From contig NC_087252.1 of NCBI RefSeq assembly GCF_037042905.1, positions 5,768,001 to 5,832,000 on the forward strand: a stretch of DNA of 64,000 nt, written 5' to 3'. Origin of the DNA: Lytechinus pictus (lineage: Eukaryota). The notes below the pieces were generated by a model. The model had not been told where the DNA came from, did no database searches, and was given only the letters and a program-made list of their open reading frames with translations. Of this stretch, positions 63,765-64,000 are shown piece by piece. Both the position numbers and the translations under genes were made by a program. How positions within the stretch are numbered: position 1 is the stretch's first letter; each line of letters begins with the position of its first letter.

Positions 63765-64000
63765 GTAACTAAGAATGTTTTTATGCCGGGATCAAATTTG
63801 CTGAAATAAATCGTGAATATATTGTAATTTGACAATTCGAAATAATGATATTTCAGCGCCGTCTACTGCCTGACGAGACTTTCACTTCAATGTCAATATG
63901 AATTGTTTTTATCAAGAAATATGATAAGCGTATTTTGGCAATCACTACGCAGTCGTTTTCTACAACGCACAAATTCCTTTGAAAATGCAAGTCGAACTAC

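Overview
This is AT-rich, repeat-dense animal genomic DNA, not prokaryotic. The TE and SINE landscape resembles an echinoid/echinoderm (inference). The main feature is one complete 13-exon, plus-strand soluble guanylate cyclase gene of the beta-2 (GUCY1B2) type, ATG 26103 to TAA 58596. I assembled it by hand: all introns are GT-AG, the phases match, the CDS is 2259 nt (752 aa), and the domain order is H-NOX, long linker, PAS/HNOBA, coiled coil, cyclase, C-terminal CaaX box CIVL. Notable points are an RFX X-box about 190 bp upstream of the ATG, a full catalytic residue set on one chain, an unusual heme pocket, a Cys-Pro motif in an expanded linker, and a possible CaaX-less isoform. The rest is mostly mobile DNA: two Penelope-like elements (one with two copies of a variant minimal hammerhead ribozyme, nested in a TTAA-flanked MITE), CR1/L2, L1/Tx1, Gypsy and Tc1 relics, tRNA-derived SINEs, many MITEs and microsatellites. 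A few orphan exon-like segments at both ends may belong to neighbouring genes.
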